Shown here: piece after piece, positions 17,318 to 27,957 of the stretch
How positions within the stretch are numbered: the first letter of the stretch is position 1
Layout: each line of letters starts with the position of its first letter
NCBI GenBank assembly: GCA_031400695.1
Contig: JANNQI010000013.1
Location: 188-64,187 of the forward strand
Direction of reading: 5' to 3'
Length of the DNA: 64,000 bases
Source: Sphingomonadales bacterium
GTDB lineage: Bacteria > Pseudomonadota > Alphaproteobacteria > Sphingomonadales > Sphingomonadaceae
Program-made: the position numbers and the translations under genes
The notes under the pieces: generated by a model
What the model was told of the DNA's origin: nothing
Databases searched by the model: none
Seen by the model: only the letters and a program-made list of their open reading frames with translations

Positions 17318-18706
17318 ATGCGTTATGACGATTTGATCCAGCCTGACAACGGCCAACCTGCAACCCCCATCCACATAATCGACAAGGACGGTTTTGAAGC
17401 GTGGCTTGCCACGCAGCCCGACACCGTCCGCACCGCCGTAAAAGCGCAGAAATTCGAAGGCGGGGCTAATGATATAGCCATCCTGCCCGGCGACAAACCC
17501 GGGGAATGGGCTGTAGTTGCAGGCGTTGCGGATGCGACTACGTTGGGAGTGTGGAACTTCGCTAAGGCGTCGGATAGCTTGCCAGAGGGTACTTACCGAT
17601 TGCCTGATGCCGATGCAGGCGACGCAATGCTGGGCTGGATGCTCGGGCAATATCGCTATCACGAATATCTTAGCGAGCCGAAGGTTTCCGGCGCGCGGGT
17701 TCTGCTTGTCAAGGAACCAGGTCGCATTCGCAACGCCGCGCATCAGGCTGCTGCCACCTCGCTCGTCCGCGATTTGGTCAACCGGCCTGCTGGCGATTGC
17801 GGGCCGAATGCGCTGGAGGCCGAGGCGAAGCGTATTGCCAAAGCCCATAAGGCGGAAGTTACCATCGCCAGCGGCGAGGCGCTGGAGACCGGTTATCCGC
17901 TGATACATGCTGTCGGCAAGGCGGCGATGCGCGAACATGCGCCGCGCCTGATCGAACTCGAATGGGGTGACCCACGGCATCCACGCGTCGCAATAGTGGG
18001 TAAGGGGATTACCTTTGACAGCGGCGGGCTCGATATCAAACCTGCCAGCGGCATGCGGATTATGAAGAAGGATATGGGCGGTGCGGCGCACGCGCTGGCG
18101 CTTGCCGAGCTTATCATGGCCGCGCATTTGCCGGTGCGGCTGCATATGCTTGTCGCGGCGGCGGAGAACAGCATCGCGGGCAACGCGTTCCGGCCGGGCG
18201 ATATCTTGAAGAGCCGCAAAGGGATTACCGTCGAGATCGACAATACCGATGCCGAAGGACGGCTGGTATTGGCCGACGCGCTGACGAAGGCGATTGAGAA
18301 CAAGCCAGTTTTGATCGTCGATTTTGCCACGCTGACTGGTGCGGCGCGGGTAGCTTTGGGTCCTGATTTGCCTGCAATGTTCAGCAATAATGACGAGTTC
18401 GCTGACGCGTTGCTTGGTGCAGCGAAAACTGCCACCGACCCGTTGTGGCGGATGCCGCTTTGGGCGCCTTATGCTGACATGCTCGACAGCGACATTGCCG
18501 ACACCGCAAACAGCGGTGGCGCATTCGCGGGCGCAGTCACCGCAGCGCTCTTCTTGCAGAAATTTGTGCCCGACGATGTGCCTTGGGTGCATCTCGACAC
18601 CTATGCGTGGCGGCCGACGAGCAAGCCCGGACGGCCCAAGGGAGGCGAGGCGCTTGGATTGCGCGCGGTATTTCGGTATTTGACGGAAACTTATCCGGCG
18701 CGCTAA
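17318..18706 (+). CDS. M17 leucyl aminopeptidase family protein
   Basis: VGKGITFDSGGLDIKP and NTDAEGRLVLADAL motifs. Confidence 0.9.
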   Translation: MRYDDLIQPDNGQPATPIHIIDKDGFEAWLATQPDTVRTAVKAQKFEGGANDIAILPGDKPGEWAVVAGVADATTLGVWNFAKASDSLPEGTYRLPDADAGDAMLGWMLGQYRYHEYLSEPKVSGARVLLVKEPGRIRNAAHQAAATSLVRDLVNRPAGDCGPNALEAEAKRIAKAHKAEVTIASGEALETGYPLIHAVGKAAMREHAPRLIELEWGDPRHPRVAIVGKGITFDSGGLDIKPASGMRIMKKDMGGAAHALALAELIMAAHLPVRLHMLVAAAENSIAGNAFRPGDILKSRKGITVEIDNTDAEGRLVLADALTKAIENKPVLIVDFATLTGAARVALGPDLPAMFSNNDEFADALLGAAKTATDPLWRMPLWAPYADMLDSDIADTANSGGAFAGAVTAALFLQKFVPDDVPWVHLDTYAWRPTSKPGRPKGGEALGLRAVFRYLTETYPAR

Positions 18707-18733
18707 GGGAATCTTGTGCATTTATTTATATTT

Positions 18734-18823
18734 GTCACCCTCGCGAATGCGGGGGTCCATGGTCTGACATGGCCATTTAAACCGATGGCTTAGGCCATGG
18801 ATTCCCGCCTTCGCGGGAATGAC
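18734..18823. repeat. REP/MITE-like composite palindrome
   Basis: gtcaccctcgcgaatgcgggggtccatgg (18734-18762) is an imperfect inverted copy of ccatggattcccgccttcgcgggaatgac (18795-18823). The right arm is itself a hairpin (attcccgc/gcgggaat). Confidence 0.7.
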
Positions 18824-18848
18824 AATATGTGGGGTAGGGGTGAAGTAA

Positions 18849-19751
18849 TTGGCCAACAGCCAAATCAAATCGGGCGAGCGGCCTACCTACAAGCTGACGG
18901 GGCACAGCCTTGTTGGTGACAAGCGGACGACGCCGATCCGCGGCGACCTTGCCGACATCAGCCTCGCGGGCAAATTGTTCGCGCCGCATTACGCGGTTCC
19001 GATGCTGCGCACAGGGATAGCGCCAGTCACCGAAATCCACGCCGAAGCGCACGCCACCTCAATGCCGGTCAGCGCGTTGATGCATGGTGAGGAATTTGCG
19101 GTGCTCGATGTGGCGGGCGAATGGGCGTGGGGCTATTGCCTGCACGACAATTATCTCGGCTATCTACGCTTTGCCGAGCTAGGCGAAGATTTCGACGCGA
19201 CGCATATCGTCAGCGCAGCGGCGACGTTGCTGCTCGCTGCACCGACGACCAAGGCGCCGGTGCTGGCGCGCTATCCGATGGGCGCGCAACTGCTCTGCGG
19301 TGAGGCAAGTGAATGCGGCAAATATCTCGCGTGTGAAAACGGGTTCATTCCGCTGGTGCATTTGTCGGAAGTCGGGGCGGTCGAAGCTTCCCCCGCCGAC
19401 CTGGCTGAGCAACTGATTGGCACGCCCTATAGCTGGGGCGGGCGCAGCGGCGATGCGATTGACTGTTCGGGACTGGTGCAGCTGGTGTTTGGGCTAAAGG
19501 GCGTGCTTGCGCCGCGCGATGCCGATATGCAGCAGGCGGAATTTGGCGAGGATTTACCCGAAGGCGAAGCGTTGCAACGCGGTGACCTGGTGTTCGTCCC
19601 CGGCCATGTCGGTATCATGGCCGAGGCGGAAAACATCATCCACGCCAACGGCACCGCGATGGCAGTGAGCGTCGAGCCGCTGGCCGATGCGGCGGCAAGG
19701 TTTGCTGAGCATGACGAGGCGATTGTAGCACGCAAGCGGGTGGCAATTTGA
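18849..19751 (+). CDS. NlpC/P60 (C40) peptidase with N-terminal SH3-like region
   Basis: GTPYSWGGRSGDAIDCSGLVQLVF ... GDLVFVPGHVGIM. The TTG start is uncertain. Confidence 0.8.
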   Translation: MANSQIKSGERPTYKLTGHSLVGDKRTTPIRGDLADISLAGKLFAPHYAVPMLRTGIAPVTEIHAEAHATSMPVSALMHGEEFAVLDVAGEWAWGYCLHDNYLGYLRFAELGEDFDATHIVSAAATLLLAAPTTKAPVLARYPMGAQLLCGEASECGKYLACENGFIPLVHLSEVGAVEASPADLAEQLIGTPYSWGGRSGDAIDCSGLVQLVFGLKGVLAPRDADMQQAEFGEDLPEGEALQRGDLVFVPGHVGIMAEAENIIHANGTAMAVSVEPLADAAARFAEHDEAIVARKRVAI

Positions 19752-20686
19752 CCAAATCCATCTTCATCGACGGCGCAGCCGGCACCACCGGCCTCGAAAT
19801 CGCGGAACGACTCGCAGGCCGCGCTGAATTCACGCTCATCACCTTGGACGACGACAAACGCAAAGACCCCGCCGCTAAGCGTGAAGCCTTGAACGATGCC
19901 GATTTCGTCATCCTCTGCCTGCCCGACGATGCCGCGAAGGAAGCGGTGGCGATGACCACGTCGAAACACACGCGCATCATCGACGCATCAACCGCGCACC
20001 GGGTTGACCCGCATTGGGCCTATGGCTTTCCCGAATATCGTAAGGGCCAGCATGACCGCATTGCGGCCGCGCGGCTGGTCAGCAACCCCGGTTGCTACCC
20101 AACCGGTTTTCTGGGGCTGGTCGCGCCATTGGTCGCCGCCGGCCTGATCCCCGAGGACTGGCCCTATACCGTCAACGCGGTGTCGGGCTATTCGGGCGGC
20201 GGAAAGGCGCTGATCGAACGGTTCGAGAGCGATGCGGGCAGCGATATTGGTTTCCGCACCTACGACCTCGATTTGCAGCACAAGCATGTGCCCGAAATGC
20301 AGACGCATGCAGGTCTCGGCCTTGCGCCGATCTTCTCCCCCGCCGTGGTCCGCGCCTTTCGCGGCATGATGGTCGAGGTGCCGCTGCCGATTTCGGTCAT
20401 GCCGGGCAGCGACAGTCCTGAGGAAATGCGGAACGCGCTCGCCGCGCATTATGCGGGTTCGCCGGTGGTGCATGTCCATGAAGAACTCGCGCCGTCAGAG
20501 CTGCTGATCCTCAACACGCAGGAGCCGTCCGACCGGCTCGACCTTTATGTGCTGGGTTCGCCCGACAATACGCAGGTGCGGTTGCTGGCGATGCTCGATA
20601 ATCTCGGCAAAGGCGCAAGCGGCGCGGCGGTGCAGAATTTGAACATCATGGCCGGTTTGGACGAGACGAGCGGGTTGCGGTTGTGA
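19748..20686 (+). CDS. argC: N-acetyl-gamma-glutamyl-phosphate reductase (short type)
   Basis: FIDGAAGTTGLEI and catalytic SNPGCYPTG. The TTG start overlaps the previous stop. Confidence 0.9.
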   Translation: MTKSIFIDGAAGTTGLEIAERLAGRAEFTLITLDDDKRKDPAAKREALNDADFVILCLPDDAAKEAVAMTTSKHTRIIDASTAHRVDPHWAYGFPEYRKGQHDRIAAARLVSNPGCYPTGFLGLVAPLVAAGLIPEDWPYTVNAVSGYSGGGKALIERFESDAGSDIGFRTYDLDLQHKHVPEMQTHAGLGLAPIFSPAVVRAFRGMMVEVPLPISVMPGSDSPEEMRNALAAHYAGSPVVHVHEELAPSELLILNTQEPSDRLDLYVLGSPDNTQVRLLAMLDNLGKGASGAAVQNLNIMAGLDETSGLRL

Positions 20687-21369
20687 CCGAGTTTCAAATC
20701 CGTCTCAGGCGACGAAATATTCCGCCGACCGATTTGATTGAAGACATACAAAAGGTAGCTCGAGAGTTGGGAACCGACGCTCTGACTGCACGCCAATACG
20801 ATGAGCGCGGCTTGTTTGGCGTTAGAACAATTCTTCGGAAGTTTGGAACTTGGAATGATGCTTTGATAGAAGCGCAACTGACCGTTTCAAACAGGCTAGA
20901 TATTCCAAATGACGAACTATTTGAAAACCTTGCGGCCGTCTGGACCAAATTAGGCAGGCAGCCGTTCGGACGAGAAATGTCCGATAAAGACCTCGGCTCG
21001 GTCATTTCACGTGGCACTTACGAAAAACGGTTCGGTTCTTGGAATAATGCGCTCTTAGCCTTCGCGGAATACATCAATTCAGGCAGAGACAGCTTTGACG
21101 CTGACATATCTCAAGAGACTAATACGACGAAGTCGTTTGCAACGGTTCGACGAACCCCACGCGATATCAACTGGCGGCTAAGGGCAAAAATTTTGATCAG
21201 GGATTCGTGTATCTGCAAAATGTGCGGAAACAGCCCTGCGAAAGACCCTGACGTGGTCATGCACGTTGATCACATATTGGCGTGGGCCAACGGCGGTGAG
21301 ACTGTCGAAGAAAACCTTCAAACGTTGTGCGCCAAATGCAACATCGGGAAGTCCGACGTGATTTTTTGA
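20683..21369 (+). CDS. HNH endonuclease with two homing-endonuclease-associated repeats
   Basis: RKFGTWNDAL and KRFGSWNNAL repeats. C-terminal HNH motif HVDHILAWANGGETVEENLQTLCAKCNIGKSD. AT-richer than its neighbours. The GTG start overlaps the argC stop. Confidence 0.8.
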   Translation: MTEFQIRLRRRNIPPTDLIEDIQKVARELGTDALTARQYDERGLFGVRTILRKFGTWNDALIEAQLTVSNRLDIPNDELFENLAAVWTKLGRQPFGREMSDKDLGSVISRGTYEKRFGSWNNALLAFAEYINSGRDSFDADISQETNTTKSFATVRRTPRDINWRLRAKILIRDSCICKMCGNSPAKDPDVVMHVDHILAWANGGETVEENLQTLCAKCNIGKSDVIF

Positions 21370-21372
21370 AAC

Positions 21373-22200
21373 TCAATAAGGCGGCTTATCAAACCCCTTC
21401 GGGCTCGCCGTAAATATCTCGCAGCCGTCTTCGGTAATGCCGATGCTATGCTCGAACTGCGCGCTCAGGCTCCGGTCGCGGGTTACTGCCGTCCAGCCGT
21501 CTTCAAGCACCTTGCCCGCGGCCTTGCCGATGTTGATCATCGGCTCGATGGTGAAGATCATGCCGGGGCGAAGCTCTGGCCCGGTCCCCGGACGTCCGGC
21601 GTGGACGATTTCGGGGGCGTCGTGGAATAATTGGCCCAGCCCATGCCCACAGAAATCGCGGACGACGCCGTAGCGGTGCTTTTCGGCGTGGGTCTGGATC
21701 GCGTGGCCGATATCGCCGACATGGTTGCCGGGCTTCGCCTGTTCAATGCCGAGCATCAGACATTCATAGGTCACATCGACGAGGCGTTTGGCCTTTACCG
21801 GCACGTCGCCGACGAGGAACATGCGGCTGGTGTCGCCGTGCCAGCCGTCCAGTTGTGGCGTCACGTCGATATTGACGATGTCGCCGTCCTTGAGCTTTTT
21901 CTCCGACGGGATGCCGTGGCAGATGACATGGTTGATCGAAATGCAGCAGCTATGCGTATAGCCGCGATAGCCCAAAGTCGCCGGAACCCCGCCGCCGCGG
22001 ATCGTCATTTCGCGCACGATATCATCGAGCTCTTCGGTGGTGACACCCGGCACGACATGCGGCACCAGCGCGTCGAGTATCTCCGCCGCCAGCCGTCCGG
22101 CCTTGCGCATGCCTTCGAAGCCCTCGGCCCCGTGCAATTTGATAACCCCGTCGCGGGTCTGTGCCGCTTCGGCGGGCGTGACGCTTACATATTGATCCAT
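21373..22200 (-). CDS. map: Type I methionine aminopeptidase
   Basis: DGDIVNIDVT, HGDTSRMF, FCGHGLG, FTIEPM and QFEHSI metal-ligand motifs. ATG at 22200. Confidence 0.92.
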   Translation of the reverse strand: MDQYVSVTPAEAAQTRDGVIKLHGAEGFEGMRKAGRLAAEILDALVPHVVPGVTTEELDDIVREMTIRGGGVPATLGYRGYTHSCCISINHVICHGIPSEKKLKDGDIVNIDVTPQLDGWHGDTSRMFLVGDVPVKAKRLVDVTYECLMLGIEQAKPGNHVGDIGHAIQTHAEKHRYGVVRDFCGHGLGQLFHDAPEIVHAGRPGTGPELRPGMIFTIEPMINIGKAAGKVLEDGWTAVTRDRSLSAQFEHSIGITEDGCEIFTASPKGFDKPPY

Positions 22201-22263
22201 GAAGGGTGATATAGAGCAATATTCCCGGCTTTGCGAGGGGGTGAAACATGCTATCGCACCTGC

Positions 22264-23022
22264 ATGACAGAATCCCGCATCTACACCGCCGCGCTTGTGA
22301 TTATCGGCGATGAAATCCTCTCCGGCCGCACGCAGGACAAGAATATCAGCCAGATTGCCTTGTGGCTGAATATTCAAGGCATTCGCCTGAAAGAGGTGCG
22401 CGTTGTGCCCGATGTCGAGGAAGCGATTATCGAGGCGGTGAATGCGCTGCGCGCGCGTAACGATTATCTCTTTACCACCGGCGGTATTGGCCCGACGCAT
22501 GACGATATTACGGTGGACGCAATCGCGGCGGCCTTGGGTGTTGAGGTCGTCATCCACCCCGAGGCAAGCGCGGTGCTGCACAAATATTACGAAACACGCG
22601 GCGGCATCAATGAAGGCCGCTTACGGATGGCGCGGGTGCCCGATGGCGCGGACCTTATCCCCAACAAGATGTCGGGCGCGCCGGGTATTCGCCACGGCGA
22701 TATCTTCATCATGGCAGGCGTGCCGCATATCACCGCTGGGATGCTCGACGCGCTGACCGGGCAATTGGAGGGCGGGGCGCCTTTGCTCTCGCACCAAATC
22801 GGTTGCTGGGTGGCGGAAAGCGAAGTCGCCAAATTGCTTGGCGATACAGAAAAACACCATGAAGGCTGCCAGATCGGCAGCTATCCCTTTTTCCGCGAGG
22901 GCAGGGTAGGCGCGAATTTCGTGGTCCGCACCACTGACGCGCACAAGCTCAACGAATGTGTCGAGGACTTGAAACTCGGCCTTCGCGGCCTGGGTTATGA
23001 AAGCGTCGATGGTGGAATTTGA
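22264..23022 (+). CDS. CinA-like molybdopterin-binding (MoCF_biosynth) domain protein
   Basis: LVIIGDEILSGRTQDKN...TTGGIGPTHDDIT. Confidence 0.8.
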   Translation: MTESRIYTAALVIIGDEILSGRTQDKNISQIALWLNIQGIRLKEVRVVPDVEEAIIEAVNALRARNDYLFTTGGIGPTHDDITVDAIAAALGVEVVIHPEASAVLHKYYETRGGINEGRLRMARVPDGADLIPNKMSGAPGIRHGDIFIMAGVPHITAGMLDALTGQLEGGAPLLSHQIGCWVAESEVAKLLGDTEKHHEGCQIGSYPFFREGRVGANFVVRTTDAHKLNECVEDLKLGLRGLGYESVDGGI

Positions 23023-23080
23023 ACGGCACTTGGTCGTTTCGTTCATCTGCGGTCAACCCGCGCCCGCAATAAGGACCGTA

Positions 23081-25927
23081 ATGCGCAAATTCTCCCATGC
23101 TTTCGCCCTTGCAGCCCTGCTGCTGACTACGTCCGCCTATGCCCAGTCTGCACCGACGGTCGCATCTGCGAGCAAGCCCATCAAGCAGCCCTGGCTATAC
23201 GAGGGCAGCGATGTGCCGGTTGACGACACATGGACATTCGGCGAACTGCCCAACGGACTTCGATATGCAGTCAAGCGCAATGATGTTCCGGCCGGGCAGG
23301 TTTCGATCCGTGTCCGCATCGACGCTGGAGCATTGCACGAGAATAACGAAGAACTCGGCTTTGCGCACTTGATAGAGCATCTGTCGTTCCGGGGATCGAC
23401 CTTTGTCCCGGACGGCGAAGCCAAGCGCATTTGGCAGCGGTTCGGTGTAACCTTTGGCAGCGATAGCAATGCGCAGACGACGCCAACGCAGACGGTCTAC
23501 AAGCTCGATTTGCCCAATGCCACGCCAGAGAAACTCGACGAGTCGGTCAAAATCATTTCCGGCATGATCCGCAACCCGCGTATCTCCGACGTCGCGCTCA
23601 ATGCCGAGCGTGCGATCGTTTTAGCCGAATTGCGCGAAAATAGTGGCGCGCAGATGGTCTATAGCGATGCGCTGCGCCAGCATGCCTTCCAAGGCCAGCG
23701 GCTCGCCAACCGCTCGACGATCGGGACGCCGGAAACATTGCAGGCCGCCGATGCAATTCGCCTGAACGCGTTTCACGACCGCTGGTACCGCCCCGAAAAT
23801 GCGGTGATCGTGATGGCTGGCGACATGGATCCGGCGCAGCTTGCCAACCTCGTCCAGAAATATTTCAACGATTGGAAAGACACTGGCGCGCGCACTCCAG
23901 AGCCGCCCTTTGGCGACCCCACACCGCAAGGCACACCGACGCGGGTGTTGGTCGAACCGACGCTGCCGACGACCGTCAGCATCGCCTATCTACGCCCCTG
24001 GCGGAAGGTCGATGATACCATCGCCTATAACGAACAACTGCTAATCGACGCGCTCGCGTTGCAGATCATCAACCGAAGGCTCGAAGTTCAGGCACGCAGC
24101 GGCGGCAATTATCTTTTTGCAGAGGTCGCGCAGGAAGATATTTCGCGTACCGCCGATGCAACATTGGTTTCGGTAACCCCGGTCGGCGACCAATGGGAGG
24201 CGGCAACGAAGGACGTTCGCGCAATAATTGCTGACGCGACCCAGACGCCGCCCTCGAAAGCCGATATAGACCGCGAGAAGGTCCTGTTCGGCAACGCGCT
24301 GCGCACCATGCTCGACAGCTATCCGTTCGAAGCCGCCGCCAAGCAGGCCGACGATATCGTGCAGGCTGTCGATATCCGCGAAACCGTAGCTGCGCCGAAA
24401 ACGGTGGTTCAGGTTTTCGACGGGATGAAGGACAAGATTACGCCGGAACGGCTGTTGGCTTCCACGCAAACGCTGTTCAAGGCAGATGCCACGCGCCTGA
24501 TGCTGTCGTCGCCAACCGCAGTCAACGACGGCGACAACCGCACACTTGCCGCGTTACAGGCGACAGTAGCCGCTAACAAGGGCGCGCGGCTGGCGGAAAA
24601 TGCGCTCGGTTTTGATGCCCTGCCAAAGCTGGGTACTCCGGGCAAGATTGTTTCGGAAACAGCAGTTTCTCGACTAGACATGAGTCGGGTCGAACTATCG
24701 AATGGTGTTCGCGCCTTACTCTATTCCAACAAGGCCGAGAGTGGGCAGATTCGCGTGTTGGTGCGCTTCGGCCGTGGTTATCAGTCGGTAACGCCTGCGC
24801 AGGGAGGGTTGCTCTGGGCCGGCGGACTGGTTTTGCCAGAGAATGGCATCGGCAAGCTGAAGCGGACGCAAATTGACCAGATGGTCAACGGCCGCCGCAT
24901 CGAGCTGAGCTTTGCCATCGACGATGATGCTTTTGAGTTCGCGGCCAATACACGTCCTGATGACCTCGCCGACCAGTTGACGTTGATCGCGACAAAGCTC
25001 GAACATCCTGGATGGGACGGAGCACCCGTCGAACGGGCCAAAGCGCTCGCGAAGTCGGGCTATGACAGTTTCGAAATGTCGGCGACTTCGGTGTTGCAGC
25101 GCGATCTTGAATATCTGCTGCGTGGTAACGATCCGCGATGGAAATCGGCGGCACCTGCCGATGTCGCAAAGATCGACGCCGCCAAATTTCAGGCTTATTG
25201 GGCGCCTTTGTTGGCGGCCGGTCCGGTCGAGGTGATGCTGTTCGGTGACTTTGATAAGGCTGCCGCGATTGCCGCGCTTGAAAAGAGCTTCGGGGCCATG
25301 AAGCCAAGGCCTGCGCCGGTTGTTGCTCCCGCAGCACAGAGCATAGTCTTCCCCGCGTCGAATACGTCGCCGGTAAGGCTGACGCACAAGGGTTCAACCG
25401 ACCAAGCGGCTGCGGTCATGGCATGGCCAACCGGCGGCGGGCTGGCGGGCGTTACGGAAAGCCGGCAGCTTGAGATATTGGCAGCGGTGTTTCGTGACCG
25501 GTTGTTCGAGAAATTCCGTGCCGAACAGGCGGCAAGCTATAGCCCCGACATGGCGGCGAACTGGCCAAAGGATTTCCCCAGCGGCGGCTATTTGATGGCT
25601 TATACGCAAGTTAAGCCCGGTGATGTCGACCGTTTCTTCGCGTTCGCCGACGAGGTTGCAACCGACCTTTCGGCCAACCCGGTCAGCGCCGATGAACTGC
25701 AGCGCGCGGTCGAGCCGATGAAGCAGAACATTGAACGCGCGGCGTCGGGGAATACGTTCTGGCTCAATCAGCTAAAGGGTGCGACCTACGAACCCGCCAA
25801 ATTTGTCGCGCTCGGCAAGCTGTATAGCGACTATAGCGGGGTGACGCCTTCGCAATTACAGTCGCTGGCCAAACGCTATTTTGTCAAGGACAAGGCGTGG
25901 AAACTGGTGGTTGAACCCGAGGGCTGA
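23081..25927 (+). CDS. Secreted M16 (pitrilysin/insulinase) family zinc protease, double-length
   Basis: Signal peptide MRKFSHAFALAALLLTTSAYA. HxxEH motif in GFAHLIEHLSFRGS. Confidence 0.85.
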   Translation: MRKFSHAFALAALLLTTSAYAQSAPTVASASKPIKQPWLYEGSDVPVDDTWTFGELPNGLRYAVKRNDVPAGQVSIRVRIDAGALHENNEELGFAHLIEHLSFRGSTFVPDGEAKRIWQRFGVTFGSDSNAQTTPTQTVYKLDLPNATPEKLDESVKIISGMIRNPRISDVALNAERAIVLAELRENSGAQMVYSDALRQHAFQGQRLANRSTIGTPETLQAADAIRLNAFHDRWYRPENAVIVMAGDMDPAQLANLVQKYFNDWKDTGARTPEPPFGDPTPQGTPTRVLVEPTLPTTVSIAYLRPWRKVDDTIAYNEQLLIDALALQIINRRLEVQARSGGNYLFAEVAQEDISRTADATLVSVTPVGDQWEAATKDVRAIIADATQTPPSKADIDREKVLFGNALRTMLDSYPFEAAAKQADDIVQAVDIRETVAAPKTVVQVFDGMKDKITPERLLASTQTLFKADATRLMLSSPTAVNDGDNRTLAALQATVAANKGARLAENALGFDALPKLGTPGKIVSETAVSRLDMSRVELSNGVRALLYSNKAESGQIRVLVRFGRGYQSVTPAQGGLLWAGGLVLPENGIGKLKRTQIDQMVNGRRIELSFAIDDDAFEFAANTRPDDLADQLTLIATKLEHPGWDGAPVERAKALAKSGYDSFEMSATSVLQRDLEYLLRGNDPRWKSAAPADVAKIDAAKFQAYWAPLLAAGPVEVMLFGDFDKAAAIAALEKSFGAMKPRPAPVVAPAAQSIVFPASNTSPVRLTHKGSTDQAAAVMAWPTGGGLAGVTESRQLEILAAVFRDRLFEKFRAEQAASYSPDMAANWPKDFPSGGYLMAYTQVKPGDVDRFFAFADEVATDLSANPVSADELQRAVEPMKQNIERAASGNTFWLNQLKGATYEPAKFVALGKLYSDYSGVTPSQLQSLAKRYFVKDKAWKLVVEPEG

Positions 25928-26329
25928 TTAGATCCCGGGCCAGCGTTCAAACTCCGGCAACGCATGTAATTCTGCCATCCAGTCAATCCGTTCGGCGGTT
26001 TGAATCTGACATTCCATCTCAATTGCATTAGGATCATCAAGCGTTGCCGTCTGGATATCGACAATGCCGGGTAAGACTTCGGTGTTCACAAAATATAGCC
26101 CGGTGCCACATTTTCCGCAAAAGCTGCGCATAGACAAGCCAGAACTGTTGAAAGTCGCGGCTTCGCCCTGGATTATACGAAACTTGTCGTCATCATAGGC
26201 AGCCCAAGACACTGCTGGTGCGCCGGCCGATTTACGGCAATCGATACAATGGCAAAGCGAAGCTCGCTGCGGTTCGCCGTCAACTTCATAGCGTACAGTA
26301 CCGCATTGACATCCACCTTGGCGTTTCAT
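25928..26329 (-). CDS. GFA-family (glutathione-dependent formaldehyde-activating-like) protein
   Basis: GGCQCG...CHCIDCRKSAGAP...CGKCGTGL Cys clusters. Confidence 0.8.
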   Translation of the reverse strand: MKRQGGCQCGTVRYEVDGEPQRASLCHCIDCRKSAGAPAVSWAAYDDDKFRIIQGEAATFNSSGLSMRSFCGKCGTGLYFVNTEVLPGIVDIQTATLDDPNAIEMECQIQTAERIDWMAELHALPEFERWPGI

Positions 26330-26374
26330 TCTAACTCTCCTTCCGCCGCAATGATATGACTGAAATGAGAACAA

Positions 26375-27676
26375 TCAAAGAACATATTTGGAAAGGTCGG
26401 TATCCTTGGCAATGCCTGAAAGCTGCTTGCTGACATATGCGGCGTCAATGACATGCGTTGTGCCTTTTTGATCCTCGGCCTCGAAGCTGATGTCCTCAAG
26501 CAGTTTCTCCATTACCGTCTGCAAACGCCGCGCGCCGATATTTTCGACGGTTGCGTTGACGTCGAAAGCGATGCGCGCAATCGCATCAATGGCGTCGTCG
26601 GTGAACTTGAGTGTGACTTCTTCGGTCGCCAATAACGCTGCATATTGCGTCGGCAAATTCGCCCGCGTTTCGGAAAGAATGCGGACGAAGTCCTTATGCT
26701 CCAACGCGCGCAATTCGACACGGATGGGCAGGCGTCCTTGCAGCTCGGGGAGCATGTCGCTCGGTTTGGATATGTGGAACGCGCCCGACGCGATGAACAA
26801 CACATGGTCGGTTTTCATCGGACCATATTTGGTCGCAACAGTAGTGCCTTCGATCAGCGGCAGCAGGTCGCGCTGTACGCCCTCACGGCTGACAGAGCCG
26901 CCGCGCACGTCTGACACCGCGATCTTGTCGATCTCGTCCAAGAAGACGATGCCATTAGCCTCGGCGTCGGCAAGTGCCGCGCGGTTCACATCGTCCTGAT
27001 CAAGGCGTTTTTCGGATTCTTCTTCGACCAGCTTTGTCCATGCATCGGGCACCTTCATTTTGCGGCGTTTGAGATTGTCTTTGCCGAACGCCTTGCCCAT
27101 CATTTCACCGAGATTGATCATCCCGACATTGCCACCCATGCCCGGAATCTCCATCGGCACGGCGGGGCTGTCGGATACTTCGATCTCGATTTCGACATCG
27201 TCCATATGACGATCGCGAATGCGCTGGCGGAACGCCTCGCGCGTGGCCTCGCTGGCGGTTTCGCCTGCAAGTGGTTTCAGGATACGCTCCATCGCAGCGG
27301 TCTCGGCGGCCTCGCGGACATGTTCGCGGCGGCGCTCTTTTTCGAGGCGCACGGCCTCTTCGGCAAGGTCTCGCGCGATCTGCTCGACGTCGCGGCCGAC
27401 ATAGCCGACCTCGGTGAATTTGGTCGCCTCAACCTTGATGAACGGCGCATCGGCGAGCTTTGCCAGACGGCGACTGATTTCGGTCTTGCCACATCCGGTG
27501 GGGCCGATCATCAGGATGTTCTTGGGCGTCACCTCGTCGCGCAGGTCGGCGCCAAGCCGCTGCCGCCGCCAGCGGTTGCGCAGGGCGACCGCGACTGCAC
27601 GTTTGGCATCGGCTTGGCCGATGATATGCTCGTCAAGAGCGGCGACTATCGATTTTGGGGTAAGGTTTTGATTCAT
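26375..27676 (-). CDS. hslU: ATP-dependent protease ATPase subunit HslU
   Basis: [18 protein letters not shown] Walker [11 protein letters not shown] Walker B, typical HslU N- and C-termini. Confidence 0.95.
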   Translation of the reverse strand: MNQNLTPKSIVAALDEHIIGQADAKRAVAVALRNRWRRQRLGADLRDEVTPKNILMIGPTGCGKTEISRRLAKLADAPFIKVEATKFTEVGYVGRDVEQIARDLAEEAVRLEKERRREHVREAAETAAMERILKPLAGETASEATREAFRQRIRDRHMDDVEIEIEVSDSPAVPMEIPGMGGNVGMINLGEMMGKAFGKDNLKRRKMKVPDAWTKLVEEESEKRLDQDDVNRAALADAEANGIVFLDEIDKIAVSDVRGGSVSREGVQRDLLPLIEGTTVATKYGPMKTDHVLFIASGAFHISKPSDMLPELQGRLPIRVELRALEHKDFVRILSETRANLPTQYAALLATEEVTLKFTDDAIDAIARIAFDVNATVENIGARRLQTVMEKLLEDISFEAEDQKGTTHVIDAAYVSKQLSGIAKDTDLSKYVL

Positions 27677-27747
27677 ATCCGCCTAAATGGTGGATGGTGC
27701 GGGCGATTCAAGTGGTTTGGCGGGATGGGCTTTGATATGCCGCCCCG

Positions 27748-27957
27748 ATGCCGCTGCCGTCGCTCCTCATTATCGACGATTTTCTGACCGACCCGCGCGT
27801 CGCGCGCGCCAGCGCTTTGGCGCTCGATTATGACCCGACTTTTAAGGCCGGGAATTATCCGGGCGTGCTTTCGACAGAGCCTTTGTCGATAGCGGGTCTG
27901 GACGAGGCAGTTTCGCGCACAATAGGTGCCATGGTAATGGCAGGTTGGTGCACCTGA
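27748..27957 (+). pseudogene. Possible gene remnant in the hslV-hslU spacer (DUF6445-like N-terminus, from memory)
   Basis: 69-aa ORF MPLPSLLIIDDFLTDPRVARASALALDYDPTFKAGNYPGVLS..., on the strand opposite to hslVU. Confidence 0.25.

Noticed and set aside
16655-18721. 688-aa minus-strand ORF
   Set aside because: Only the last 204 codons (16655-17269, a lipoprotein with a lipobox) look real. The rest is a GC-driven antisense frame of the M17 aminopeptidase gene (17318-18706), which has clear catalytic motifs.
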